Assembly (NCBI GenBank): GCA_963794325.1
Contig: CAWCDG010000004.1
Span: 1,906,636-1,970,635, forward strand
DNA: 64,000 nt
Origin: an uncultured delta proteobacterium
GTDB taxonomy: Bacteria > Desulfobacterota > Binatia > Binatales > Binataceae
Direction of reading: 5' to 3'
This document shows positions 1 to 8,781 of this stretch, one piece after another. Both the position numbers and the translations under genes were made by a program. Position 1 is the stretch's first letter, and each line of letters begins with the position of its first letter. The notes beneath the pieces are model-generated. The model worked only from the letters and a program-made list of their open reading frames with translations. It did no database searches and was not told the origin of the DNA.

Positions 1-762
1 GTCACGTCGATGTCCTATCGGAATCCGTCGTTGCTGGCGAAGACGATGGCGTCGATCGACAAGCTCAGCGGTGGGCGCTTTACCGCGGGGATCGGCGCCG
101 GCTGGTTCAAAGAAGAATACGACGCCTACGGGTTTCCGTATCCGTCGAATGCCGAGCGAATCGAGCAGATGGGTGATGGGATCAAAGTGTTGAAGGCGAT
201 GTGGACGCAGGACGAGCCGACCTATCATGGGAAGTATTTCAAAATTGAAAAGGCCTATTGCGATCCCAAGCCGGTGCAGCGGCCTCATCTGCCGATCCTG
301 ATCGGCGGCGGCGGCAAGCGCGTCCTGGAAATCGCGGCGCAGGAAGCGGACATCCTGAATCTGAACCCGCCGGTGACCAAGGGTTACGTCGATATCGCCG
401 AGGCGCTGAAGTTCGATCGGGCCAAGGTGCTGAAGCGGATCGAGATGATTCGCGGCTTCGTGAAAGCGTCGGGGCGCGCCTCGGATGCGCTCGAGCTGTC
501 GGGCGGAGGGTTCGTGCTGATCGCGAAGGATCGCACGACGGCCGATGCTATGGCGTCGGCGACGGCGCAGAGTCTTGGCGTCGAGAACAACGATAGCGTG
601 CGTAGTTCGCTGCAGGTGCTTATAGGCACTCCCGACGACATCGAGAAGGAGTTGTCGGTAAGAATCGAGAAGTTCGGCATGACTTACTTCTTCCTGAACT
701 TCATGATGCCAGATTCTATCGAGATGTTTGCCAAGGAAGTAATGCCGGCGTTCGCGCGCTGA
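1..762 (+). CDS. LLM-class (luciferase-like) F420/flavin-dependent oxidoreductase, N-terminus outside window
   Basis: Frame 1 is open from base 1. The translation (..GRFTAGIGAGWFKEEYDAYGFPY..RPHLPILIGGGGKRVLEIAAQEADILN..) resembles the luciferase-like monooxygenase family. Stop at 760-762. Confidence 0.8.
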   Translation, partial: VTSMSYRNPSLLAKTMASIDKLSGGRFTAGIGAGWFKEEYDAYGFPYPSNAERIEQMGDGIKVLKAMWTQDEPTYHGKYFKIEKAYCDPKPVQRPHLPILIGGGGKRVLEIAAQEADILNLNPPVTKGYVDIAEALKFDRAKVLKRIEMIRGFVKASGRASDALELSGGGFVLIAKDRTTADAMASATAQSLGVENNDSVRSSLQVLIGTPDDIEKELSVRIEKFGMTYFFLNFMMPDSIEMFAKEVMPAFAR

Positions 763-767
763 GTCCT

Positions 768-1033
768 ATGGGTGATCCAAGCATCATCGCAGAGCCTCAT
801 CCGCCGAAGGCGTCGATCGAAACGATCGAGCGTGGGCTGCGAAATCATAATTTGGTTGCCACCGGGATGCGATCGAGCAACTTGCGATCGAACGCGGATG
901 CGTCGGCTCCTACCTGGACACCTTCAGTTTCCAGGGGCGCCCGCTTTACGAGAAGATTGGCTATAAGGTCTTTGGTACGTTGGAAGACCATCCGAAAGGA
1001 CATAGCCACTACTTCATGAAGAAGAGTCTTTGA
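768..1033 (+). pseudogene. GNAT-family N-acetyltransferase remnant (internal deletion plus frame change)
   Basis: Frame 3 gives a GNAT-like N-terminus (MGDPSIIAEPHPPKASIETIERGLRNHNLVATG). Frame 2 from ~851 gives a GNAT-like C-terminus (AIEQLAIERGCVGSYLDTFSFQGAPLYEKIGYKVFGTLEDHPKGHSHYFMKKSL*, stop 1031-1033). About 65 central residues, including the acetyl-CoA site, are missing. The junction lies near 866-870. Confidence 0.6.
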
Positions 1034-1457
1034 TCTCACTTTAAGAAACCAAACGCCACTGATCGATTGCGAAAGCCCTTCCTGGGTCAGCGGGTCTCTC
1101 GCGCTTTTCTTGCGAAGCAGACGGTATTTTCTACACACGTTCTCCTATTTTTACGCTGTAAAAGTTTCCGAGTTTCACGCGCGGAATCCGCGCTAACTCT
1201 CAAATAAGCGTTGAAAATCCAAGAAAAAGGTCGTGAGGCCTCAAAATTGCTTACCGGACGGTCGGACTGATGACGAAATAAGCCGACGGAGAAGTTTAGC
1301 CGGAGGCCTGCTGCACACATCGGAGGGGTATGTGCTTACGTGTCGATGGCTGGATCGCTCTGCCCGAGCGTCACTGGATTCGCGTTCCCGGCATTCAAGC
1401 CTGTCACGCATCAACCTTTCGCTCGCCCACTCCGGCAGATTCGCGGGAGCGAGGGAT

Positions 1458-4400
1458 ATGCGTTCTAATTCAAATATTGGAAATGTCGTGCGTGCGACGA
1501 TGCGGGTGGGAGTATTCGCGGCGGTCGCACTCGCGTTGACGTCGCTCGCGCTGGCCACGGCTGCGATTGCCGGCGTTACTGGAGATCCCGCCGAGTTTAA
1601 TCTGTGCCCAATCAACTTCACGCCGCCGAACGGCGATCCGTTTTTCTGCTCTCACAGCGAGACAACCGGCGGGCAGCTCACTATCGGCAACTCGACCGTG
1701 ACTATCTCCAATAACCCCGACACCGTGGACCTGGGCGCTTACAGCACCAGTGGTCTGGGACTTTTTGGCGTCGAAGTGATCGTTACTCCGACCAACGGTC
1801 AGGTATTCGGCGGTCCGGCGCAAGTCGTGCCGGGCGGCCTGCTCGGGCTCACTGGGACTTTGGCACCGCTCTCCCAACCGCTCGATCCGATCAATCAGGT
1901 GACGTCCTCGATCGAGCTGGCGGGTCCGATTACACCGGCGACGGTGGTCGATCCGACCGCCACCATGGCGTTCTTCTGCGGGGGCGGACCAGTGGGGAGC
2001 TGTTTGGACGGACCGGATCCGTTCAGTGTGGTCACGGTCCCAATCAAGGTTCATCTTCACAATGACGCGGTGCTCGGTCCTAGCTGTTATATCGGATCGG
2101 ACGCCGATCCGATTGTCCTCAACCTGGTGGAAACCCCGACGAGTTCGCCGGTGCTCGCTTCAGGCGGACCCGGGGGCAACGCGCTCATATCCACCGGCGT
2201 GGAGGTGGCTGATAACACTTTCGCGGTTCCGGGGGCGAACGGCTGTGGACTTCTCGGGGCGCTCGACGCGGCGCTCGACCTGAAGGTTGGACTGCCTTCG
2301 CCGTCGGGCAAGAATTCGGCGCTGATCGATGAGAACGGCGAGGTCGAAGCCGCCCAATTTCTGTTGCCTCCAACCCCCACTCCAACCCCGACGCTGACCG
2401 CGACAGCAACTGCCACACCAACGGCGGTCCCGACTATAGGTGCGACGGCCACCGCCACTGCCACGGCAACTGTGACTGAGACGGTCACGGCTTCAACCGC
2501 AACTCCAACTGCGACGGCAACTCCGACGGTCACCGGCACGGCGACGCCGACCGCGACGCCGACTCCGGGAAAGTTGACCGTCAATCCACTTGCGCTGTCA
2601 TTCGCGCAGCAGGAAGTGGGGACTACCTCGGCCGCCAAGAATGTAACTCTAACCAACCCGAACCGAACTTCATTGCAGATTAACACCATCACGAATACAG
2701 GAGATTTCAGCATCTCGAGCGATGGCTGCAGTGGGACCAGCCTTGCGCCCAGCGCGAATTGCGTTGTGAGCGTCGACTTCGGACCGACCCAGACCGGAAC
2801 CCGCACGGGGGTCTTGACGATCACCGACACCGCGTCGAACAGTCCTCAGGCGGCAAATCTTTCGGGCACAGGCATCCTGGTGAAGCCGACTTTTTCGCCG
2901 ACACACCTGAGTTTCGGCGACCGGCCGGTGGAGGTTGCCAGCGCCCCGCAGACCGTCACCTTGACCAACCCCAACAGCATTGCGCTGAGCGTGACCAGCG
3001 CCGTGCCATCGGGTGATTATACGGTGACCAATGATACCTGCAGCGGAACGCAGGTCGCGGCGAGCGGGACCTGCACGTTCGATGTGATATTCACTCCGTC
3101 CCAGACGGGGACCAGAAGCGGAAAAATCATCATCACCGACAACGCGACCCCATCGACCCAAACCTACATGGTGGCCGGAGCGGGCATTTTGGTGACTCCG
3201 ACGGTGTCGCCGAAATCCCTGTCGTACGGCAAGGTCCAGGTGAATACCGTTTCGCCGCCGCAGACGGTAACGCTGTCCAATTCCAACCAGGTAGAGGTGA
3301 CTTTCTCTTCAATCGCGACCAGTGGTCCATATGCGATAACGGCGAACAGTTGCGACTCGTCGGTTCCCGCGAATTCGAGCTGCCAGGTCTCGGTGACTTT
3401 CAATCCGACTACTGACAGCAAAGTCAATGGAACCACCGAAACCGGCAAGCTGGTCTTCACTGATAACGGGCAGTCGCCCACGCAGACAGTGACTCTAAGC
3501 GGAATCGCGTTTGGTAACCCGGCGACGGCAACCCCGAGCAACACGCCGACTCCGACTGCTACTGCAACCGGAGCGACACCGACCGCGACTGCAACAGCGA
3601 CCGCGACGGTAGCAGCGACGGCAACTGCAACGGCCACCGCAACCCGAACGGCCACTGCAACTGCGACGGCAACTGCGACGCGGACCGCAACAGCGACAGC
3701 TACCACGACCGCGACCGCCACGCAGACCGCAACGTCGACGGCCACAGTGACCGCGACTGCTACACCGACGGTGACTGCGACGTCGACCACGACTGCCACC
3801 GCGACGGCAACTGCGGGTGGGTCGTCCACTCCGTCGGCAACCCCGACCAGCACGCCGGGGCCCGAGGCGGGCAGCGTCCTGATTGCGGGGGGAGATGAGG
3901 GCGGCCAGCTGGGCGGATTCATCAACCTGGCGACCGATACTGTTTCGAGCAACAACGCGCAGGTCTTCAACGCCTCGACCGACACCTTCCTGCTGGTCGG
4001 GAACATGAACAGCCCGCGCGAATCGGCGGTGGCAGTTCCGCTGCCCAACGGGCTGACCCTGATCGTTGGCGGTCAGTCGTGTTCGGCCAAGACAGTGGGC
4101 GGACAGAGCGGGTTCCAGTGCGACGCGCTGCAGACCTCGGAGCTATACAACGAGAACACCCGGGCGTTCACCTTGGCCGGCAGCGGCAGCGGCGGCTTGA
4201 TGACGATCGCGCGCAGCGGCCCGAGCGCAACTCTGATTTCGGGCAGCGGCACCGCGCTGGACGGCCAGGTGCTGATAGTGGGCGGCTCGACCGGCAGTTC
4301 GTTCCTGAGCATCACGGCGCCGACCCCGGGACCGGGAGTCCCGACTGGGCAGGTGGCGTTGAGCACGGCCGAGGTGTACAACCCGGCGACCGACGCGTTT

Positions 4401-5603
4401 ACCGCGACCACCAACTCGATACCGGGATGCCCGGCGGGCACCTCCCCGCCGGCCTGCACCACCGGCCTGGCCTCGATCTGCGCCGGAGCTACCAGTAACG
4501 TCAGTACCGCCAGTGAGAGCGGGACCACCGTAACCATCACGATGAGCTCGGCCAATCCGACCGGCCTGACGGTGGGAGACGGGGTGACGATATCCAACCT
4601 GCAGTGCCCAACCTGTGCGGGGACCAACACCTACGACGGATCGTTCACCGTGTTGACGATTCCCGACAGCACCCATTTCACTTATACCTCGCCCTTCTCA
4701 GGCTTGACCGCGGGCTCGGGTGGAACGGCGGCGTCCGACACATTCGAGTGCGGCATGGTGGACCAGGGCGCAGCGCTGATCCCCAACGACAACGGCAAGG
4801 TGCTGCTAACCGGCGGCGACATCCTGACCTTCCTTGGCCAAGCGTCGAACACCGCGTTCCTGTTCGATCCGGCAACCCAGACCTTCAGCCGGACCGGCTC
4901 GATGACCAATGCGCGCGAGTTGTTCCCGCTGATAGCGCTGGATCCGGCGGTGGTCACCGGCGCGCTGTCGGGACAAGTGGTGGCCTATGGTGGCATCCAG
5001 GCAACCTCGCACGTCTGTCTCAACAATCCGAACAAGCCGGTGTTGGTGACGACGCTTAACAGTGCCGAAGTGTACAACCCTGCGACGGGTACCTGGAGTG
5101 CGGCGGCCAACACCATGGGGGTGAAGCGTGCGGCGCTGGCAACCCTGATCGAGGCCGGCAGTCTGGCGGGCGAGGTGATTCTGCCCGGCGGCGTCGATGT
5201 TGAGGCAGGCACCGCGCCTTCTACCTGCGTGACAACCACCGGCATCAAGCAGGCGGCGGAGGCTGAGACCGATCTGTACGATCCGGCGACCGGGACCGGC
5301 GGAACGTTTGCCGCGACCGGCTCGCTCAACCAGGCGCGCGAAGGCCAGGGCCAAGGTGAGATCGGAGCGGGAACCGAGGTTACCGAGATACTGGCAGCGG
5401 GTGGCGCGTGCACGACAACGACGCCGAGTTTGCAGTCGGTGCCGATCGGCACCTCGCAGGCGGCTACCACCTGCAGCAGCTCGAACGCGCAGAACGATTA
5501 CTCGGAGCTGTACAGCCAGTCGACCGGAACCTGGACGGTTGGACCGGCGCCGGCCAGCGGCTTTACGCCGACCAACGCGCCGGCAGCGGCGGTGCTTCCA
5601 TAG
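1458..5603 (+). CDS. very large secreted multidomain protein: Cys-rich N-domain, 3 Ig-like (choice-of-anchor-D/HYDIN-type) repeats, Kelch-like beta-propeller, Thr/Ala/Pro linkers
   Basis: The Met at 1458 gives a signal peptide (MRSNSNIGNVVRATMRVGVFAAVALALTSLALATAAIAG); the track ORF start at 1233 is probably spurious. Three ~105-aa repeats follow the pattern LSFG..V.....TVTLTN...L.......GD(F/Y)......C.G......C...V.F.P...G.R.G...I.D. At least six Kelch-like motifs are present (SELYNENTRAF, AEVYNPATDAF, FLFDPATQTF, AEVYNPATGTW, TDLYDPATGTG, SELYSQSTGTW). Confidence 0.8.
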   Translation: MRSNSNIGNVVRATMRVGVFAAVALALTSLALATAAIAGVTGDPAEFNLCPINFTPPNGDPFFCSHSETTGGQLTIGNSTVTISNNPDTVDLGAYSTSGLGLFGVEVIVTPTNGQVFGGPAQVVPGGLLGLTGTLAPLSQPLDPINQVTSSIELAGPITPATVVDPTATMAFFCGGGPVGSCLDGPDPFSVVTVPIKVHLHNDAVLGPSCYIGSDADPIVLNLVETPTSSPVLASGGPGGNALISTGVEVADNTFAVPGANGCGLLGALDAALDLKVGLPSPSGKNSALIDENGEVEAAQFLLPPTPTPTPTLTATATATPTAVPTIGATATATATATVTETVTASTATPTATATPTVTGTATPTATPTPGKLTVNPLALSFAQQEVGTTSAAKNVTLTNPNRTSLQINTITNTGDFSISSDGCSGTSLAPSANCVVSVDFGPTQTGTRTGVLTITDTASNSPQAANLSGTGILVKPTFSPTHLSFGDRPVEVASAPQTVTLTNPNSIALSVTSAVPSGDYTVTNDTCSGTQVAASGTCTFDVIFTPSQTGTRSGKIIITDNATPSTQTYMVAGAGILVTPTVSPKSLSYGKVQVNTVSPPQTVTLSNSNQVEVTFSSIATSGPYAITANSCDSSVPANSSCQVSVTFNPTTDSKVNGTTETGKLVFTDNGQSPTQTVTLSGIAFGNPATATPSNTPTPTATATGATPTATATATATVAATATATATATRTATATATATATRTATATATTTATATQTATSTATVTATATPTVTATSTTTATATATAGGSSTPSATPTSTPGPEAGSVLIAGGDEGGQLGGFINLATDTVSSNNAQVFNASTDTFLLVGNMNSPRESAVAVPLPNGLTLIVGGQSCSAKTVGGQSGFQCDALQTSELYNENTRAFTLAGSGSGGLMTIARSGPSATLISGSGTALDGQVLIVGGSTGSSFLSITAPTPGPGVPTGQVALSTAEVYNPATDAFTATTNSIPGCPAGTSPPACTTGLASICAGATSNVSTASESGTTVTITMSSANPTGLTVGDGVTISNLQCPTCAGTNTYDGSFTVLTIPDSTHFTYTSPFSGLTAGSGGTAASDTFECGMVDQGAALIPNDNGKVLLTGGDILTFLGQASNTAFLFDPATQTFSRTGSMTNARELFPLIALDPAVVTGALSGQVVAYGGIQATSHVCLNNPNKPVLVTTLNSAEVYNPATGTWSAAANTMGVKRAALATLIEAGSLAGEVILPGGVDVEAGTAPSTCVTTTGIKQAAEAETDLYDPATGTGGTFAATGSLNQAREGQGQGEIGAGTEVTEILAAGGACTTTTPSLQSVPIGTSQAATTCSSSNAQNDYSELYSQSTGTWTVGPAPASGFTPTNAPAAAVLP
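2367..2567 (+). repeat. in-frame Pro/Thr/Ala low-complexity linker (degenerate ACN-CCN/GCN repeats)
   Basis: Encodes PPTPTPTPTLTATATATPTAVPTIGATATATATATVTETVTASTATPTATATPTVTGTATPTATPTPG. Confidence 0.9.
3517..3862 (+). repeat. in-frame (Thr-Ala)n linker, ~115 codons of degenerate ACN-GCN hexanucleotide repeats
   Basis: Encodes ..TPTPTATATGATPTATATATATVAATATATATATRTATATATATATRTATATATTTATATQTATSTATVTATATPTVTATSTTTATATATAGGSSTPSATPTSTPGP. Confidence 0.9.
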
Positions 5604-5704
5604 CCCGTTCGTTCGTGGCGGGGAAAGTGGCGATGCCGTCCCTCGAAAGGGGGGCGGCATCGTTGCATCTGGACGGCGCGCGCGGCCGGCGGTAAAGCAG
5701 CAGA

Positions 5705-6884
5705 ATGAACAACACCTCTGGCGAATATTATTTCACGCGGCTCGAGACAGTGGTCTTTGGAGTCGGCAAAGTTGAAACGATCGGGCGCGAACTGTCGCGG
5801 CGCGGGGCGAAGCGCGCATTGATCGTGACAGGGAAGACGCTCGGCCGATCGAAACTGCTGGACAAGGTCAAACTGGCGGCGGGATCCGCGCTGGCGGGAG
5901 TGTTCGCGGGCGCCGCACAGCATGTGCCGTCGCAAACAGTGACCGAACTGGTCGCCGAGGCGCGAAGGGTCGGCGCGGATGCGATGATCAGTTTCGGCGG
6001 CGGCAGTCCGATCGACACGGTGAAAAACGCGGCGTGGCAGTTGATGGGCGGCCGTGCGGGCTCGCGCACGATCGATCTCGGCCCATCCACCGCAGGGGCT
6101 GCAAGCGGCAGTGAGATTCTGCATATCGCGATACCGACGACACTGTCGGCGGGCGAATTCACGCCGGCGGGCGGCGTCACCGACGAGTCGAGCAGAGTGA
6201 AAGGAGGAGTTGCCGACCCGCGGCTGCAGGCTCAGATCGGTGATTCTCGATCCGGCGCTGACGGTTGAGACACCGGCGTGGCTGTGGGCGTCGACCGGGA
6301 TGCGCGCGCTCGATCACGCGGTCGAGGGTTCCTATTCGACGCGGCATCAGGTGGTTACCGACACGCTGGCGGCGAAGGCGATAAAGCTGCTGAATGCGCA
6401 TCTGCTGCCTTCGCTGCAAACGCATGGCGACGACGAGCTCGAGCATCGCGTGCAATGCCAGCTTGCGGCGTGGCTCTCGATTTTCGGCATGTCGAATACG
6501 CGCGGCGGAATCTCGCACGCGCTGGGCCATCAGATTGGACCGATGTGGAACGTCCCGCACGGCGTCACGTCATGCATCACGCTGCCGCATGTGATGCGCT
6601 TCATGGCCGGCGTCGCGGCGGATCGCTTCGCACCGATCGCGGAGGGATTCGACGTGCGTTTCGATGCAAGGAATCCACACTCGTCGGCGATGGAATGCGC
6701 GGAGCGCGCGGCTAAATTTATCGGCAAGTTCGAAGTGCCGACGCGGCTGCGTGATGTAGGAGTGCCGCGCGAGGAAATATCGCGCATCGCGGGGACAGTG
6801 CTCGAAGAAGTGAAGCGGTCGAATACGGTGGGCGTCGAGGTGACGCAGGAGGAGTTGGTGAAGATCCTGGAGGGCGCGTATTGA
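5705..6884 (+). pseudogene. iron-containing alcohol dehydrogenase / maleylacetate reductase family gene interrupted by a 1-nt frameshift
   Basis: The N-terminal half (5705..6268, ..ALIVTGKTLGRS..ISFGGGSPIDTVK..AIPTTLSAGEFTP..VADPRLQ) and the C-terminal half (frame of 6210..6884, ..RSVILDPALTVETPAWLWASTGMRALDHAVE..HALGHQIG..HGVTSCITLP..) lie in different frames. The homology switches frame within 6227-6240. Confidence 0.75.
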
Positions 6885-6964
6885 GTGGGATGCGGTATTG
6901 CGCAGCACACCCAGAATCTTAAGCAAATTCGGTCCCTCACCCGCCGCGCGCGGACGCGCTGAGC

Positions 6965-7010
6965 GACCGGGATGATCGGTAACACTTTAGACCGGCATGA
7001 TAGGTAACAC
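6965..7010. repeat. IS terminal inverted repeat (left on + strand)
   Basis: GACCGGGATGATCGGTAACACTTTAGACCGGCATGATAGGTAACAC. It is itself two direct 21-nt sub-repeats (GACCGG-N-ATGAT-N-GGTAACAC) separated by 4 nt. Confidence 0.8.
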
Positions 7011-8233
7011 TATTTCTGAGTTTGACGGGGAGGAGCGCGAGGGGGCTGCCCCCCTCGCCCGACTGTGGAACTGCTGGCAGGCTGCAGGCGGCGCAGTTTT
7101 AAGCTGACGCCGTCGATGAGCCCGAGTATCAGCGGTCCGTAGTAGGCCACCGCATCTCCCTCATCGGTTTCAACTATTCCTACTACCTCATTGCTCAAAG
7201 TCTCGCTCAGGAAGACCGATTCCCCCTGCCATTTGATATCGCCGGTGTGGCGCACGCGCCGCGGCTGGTAGTCGGCCGGATAGGCGGGATCCTCGAGCCT
7301 GGACGGATAGCTGCGCGGCGACGGTGTATAGTGCGTCGCCGGCGCGGTCTGACCCAGCGCCTCGTGTGGCCGCTGCTGATTGAACTCTTCGCGGAACTGA
7401 TCGAAGCGATTCTGCTGCGAGCCACGGTCGGCTTGCGGCGGACTGGCGCATTCGGCCTTGAGCGTCTTGTGCATCCGTTCGTGCCGCCCGTTCTGCTCTG
7501 GCCTGCCCGGTTCGATCCGCTCCGGCATGATGCCGAGCTTTAGCCACCACACCGACAGCCGACTGAGTCCGGTCACCCCGCTCGAGGCGAACGGTGGACC
7601 GTTATCCGAGCGGATCGCGCGTGGCAGGCCGTACTCCCGAAACACCCGCTCCAGCTCGCTGCGGCAGTCGTCGTAGCCAGCTTTATTGACCGCCTTGACG
7701 CATAACAGGTAGCGGCTGTAGGCGTCGGTCAGAGTGAAGGGATCGCAGCGCATGCCGTCCTGGGTATGGAACGGGCCCTTGAAATCGGTACACCAGATGT
7801 CGTTGGGCGCCAATGCCGTGCGCAAGGGGATCGGCGACGGTCGCGCGCTGCGCCGCCGCTTGCGCGGCTGGCTGAGTTGTTCGCGGCGCAGCAACTCTCC
7901 GATGGTGCTCGGCGCCGGCCAGCTCTGGTTGGGCGCGCTTTGGCTGAGTCTGGCGCGCAGCTTCTTCGGTCCCCAACTCGGATGCGCCCGGCGCACTGCG
8001 ATGATCGCCTCGGCCTGGGCGTCGCATATCGCCCATGGCACCAGCGCCGGCGCGTGCGATCGTTCCTTCAGTCCCTCAGGGCCGAACTGCCGGTAACGCG
8101 CCCACCACTTGTACGCGGTCTTGCGGCTGATGCCGAAGTCCTCGCACAGCTCCGTCACGCTCTCCTCTTCGGCCGACAGCGCCACCATCAACCGCATCTT
8201 CTCGTCCATCGAACAGACCTCCCGCCACGGCAT
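7010..8233 (-). CDS. IS481-family DDE transposase (HTH + rve integrase core)
   Basis: 407 aa. N-terminal HTH (..VTELCEDFGISRKTAYKWWARYRQFGPEGLKERS..). DDE core (..WCTDFKG..RAIRSDNGPPFAS..PGRPEQNGRHERMHKTLK..). Confidence 0.9.
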   Translation of the reverse strand: MPWREVCSMDEKMRLMVALSAEEESVTELCEDFGISRKTAYKWWARYRQFGPEGLKERSHAPALVPWAICDAQAEAIIAVRRAHPSWGPKKLRARLSQSAPNQSWPAPSTIGELLRREQLSQPRKRRRSARPSPIPLRTALAPNDIWCTDFKGPFHTQDGMRCDPFTLTDAYSRYLLCVKAVNKAGYDDCRSELERVFREYGLPRAIRSDNGPPFASSGVTGLSRLSVWWLKLGIMPERIEPGRPEQNGRHERMHKTLKAECASPPQADRGSQQNRFDQFREEFNQQRPHEALGQTAPATHYTPSPRSYPSRLEDPAYPADYQPRRVRHTGDIKWQGESVFLSETLSNEVVGIVETDEGDAVAYYGPLILGLIDGVSLKLRRLQPASSSTVGRGGQPPRAPPRQTQK

Positions 8234-8263
8234 CGCTTCGCTCCTCCTGCCGTAGCATTCAAT

Positions 8264-8309
8264 CTGTTACCCATCCTGCCGGTCTATTCTGTTACCGATC
8301 CTCCCGGTC
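8264..8309. repeat. IS terminal inverted repeat (right on + strand)
   Basis: CTGTTACCCATCCTGCCGGTCTATTCTGTTACCGATCCTCCCGGTC, the reverse complement of the left IR with 7 mismatches. Confidence 0.8.
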
Positions 8310-8323
8310 TGTACCCGCGTCGA

Positions 8324-8345
8324 CCTCTCCCCGCGTGGGGAGAGG
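8324..8345. repeat. REP-like GC-rich hairpin (CCTCTCCCC-GCGT-GGGGAGAGG)
   Basis: A 9-bp perfect stem 15 nt outside the IS right end. The same core motif occurs at 29312-29331, 34794-34817 and 34995-35018. Confidence 0.7.
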
Positions 8346-8354
8346 GGATTCGCG

Positions 8355-8732
8355 CTAGGGGAGGGTGGGGCCGATGTCGTGGGAGTAGGGGGTTTGATCG
8401 GTGACGCCCCATTGCGAGCCGGGGAGGTTTGGGAGGGGGGTGTCGCTCGGCGCGTCGGGGCCGTCAACCGTAACTGCGCCGCCGCCTGGAATTGGAATCG
8501 TCACCGTGTCCGGATTGGGCGCATCGTCGGCCGGGGGCATCGTGAGATCGGTCGGCGACGGATAGCTGGCGGCATTGTCGCCGTAAGAGGCGTCGGGAAG
8601 CGGGACCGCGCCTTCTTGCGCGCGCGCGATTCCGGCGGCGAATAACAGTATCGCGGCAATTGCGAATAAAAGTCTCGCGTGTCGTAATGACAGCGCGATC
8701 GATCTTTGCGCACGTTGAGCGAGAGGTCGCAT
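8355..8732 (-). CDS. hypothetical small secreted Pro/Asp-rich protein
   Basis: 125 aa with a signal-peptide-like N-terminus (..RHARLLFAIAAILLFAAGIARAQEG). I recognise no family. The 3' end overlaps REP-like sequence. Confidence 0.5.
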   Translation of the reverse strand: MRPLAQRAQRSIALSLRHARLLFAIAAILLFAAGIARAQEGAVPLPDASYGDNAASYPSPTDLTMPPADDAPNPDTVTIPIPGGGAVTVDGPDAPSDTPLPNLPGSQWGVTDQTPYSHDIGPTLP

Positions 8733-8781
8733 TCATTGGATCGTATCAATTGGGAGCCTTTTGGAAAACCGGGAGGAACGG

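Larger units (their letters stand above)
6965..8309 (-). mobile_element. IS481-family insertion sequence (single transposase ORF flanked by 46-bp imperfect terminal inverted repeats)
   Basis: A transposase ORF lies between inverted repeats at 6965-7010 and 8264-8309, which match at 39 of 46 positions by manual alignment. The transposase stop codon lies inside the left IR. Confidence 0.8.

Noticed and set aside
1233-1457. Upstream 75 codons of the giant ORF as given in the track.
   Set aside because: They have no signal peptide or sensible composition. The Met at 1458 starts a typical signal peptide, so the upstream extension is probably untranslated.
3517-3862. The ACN-GCN repeat arrays (also 2367-2567, 23998-24168, 50230-50520) as possible CRISPR arrays or non-coding tandem repeats.
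   Set aside because: There is no repeat/spacer architecture. The units are 6 nt, degenerate and strictly in-frame inside long ORFs. They are coding low-complexity linkers.
6955-8320. Target-site duplication flanking the IS481-family element.
   Set aside because: The flanks (..CGCGCTGAGC and TGTACCCGCG..) share no direct repeat at any of the plausible end positions I tried. I made no TSD claim.
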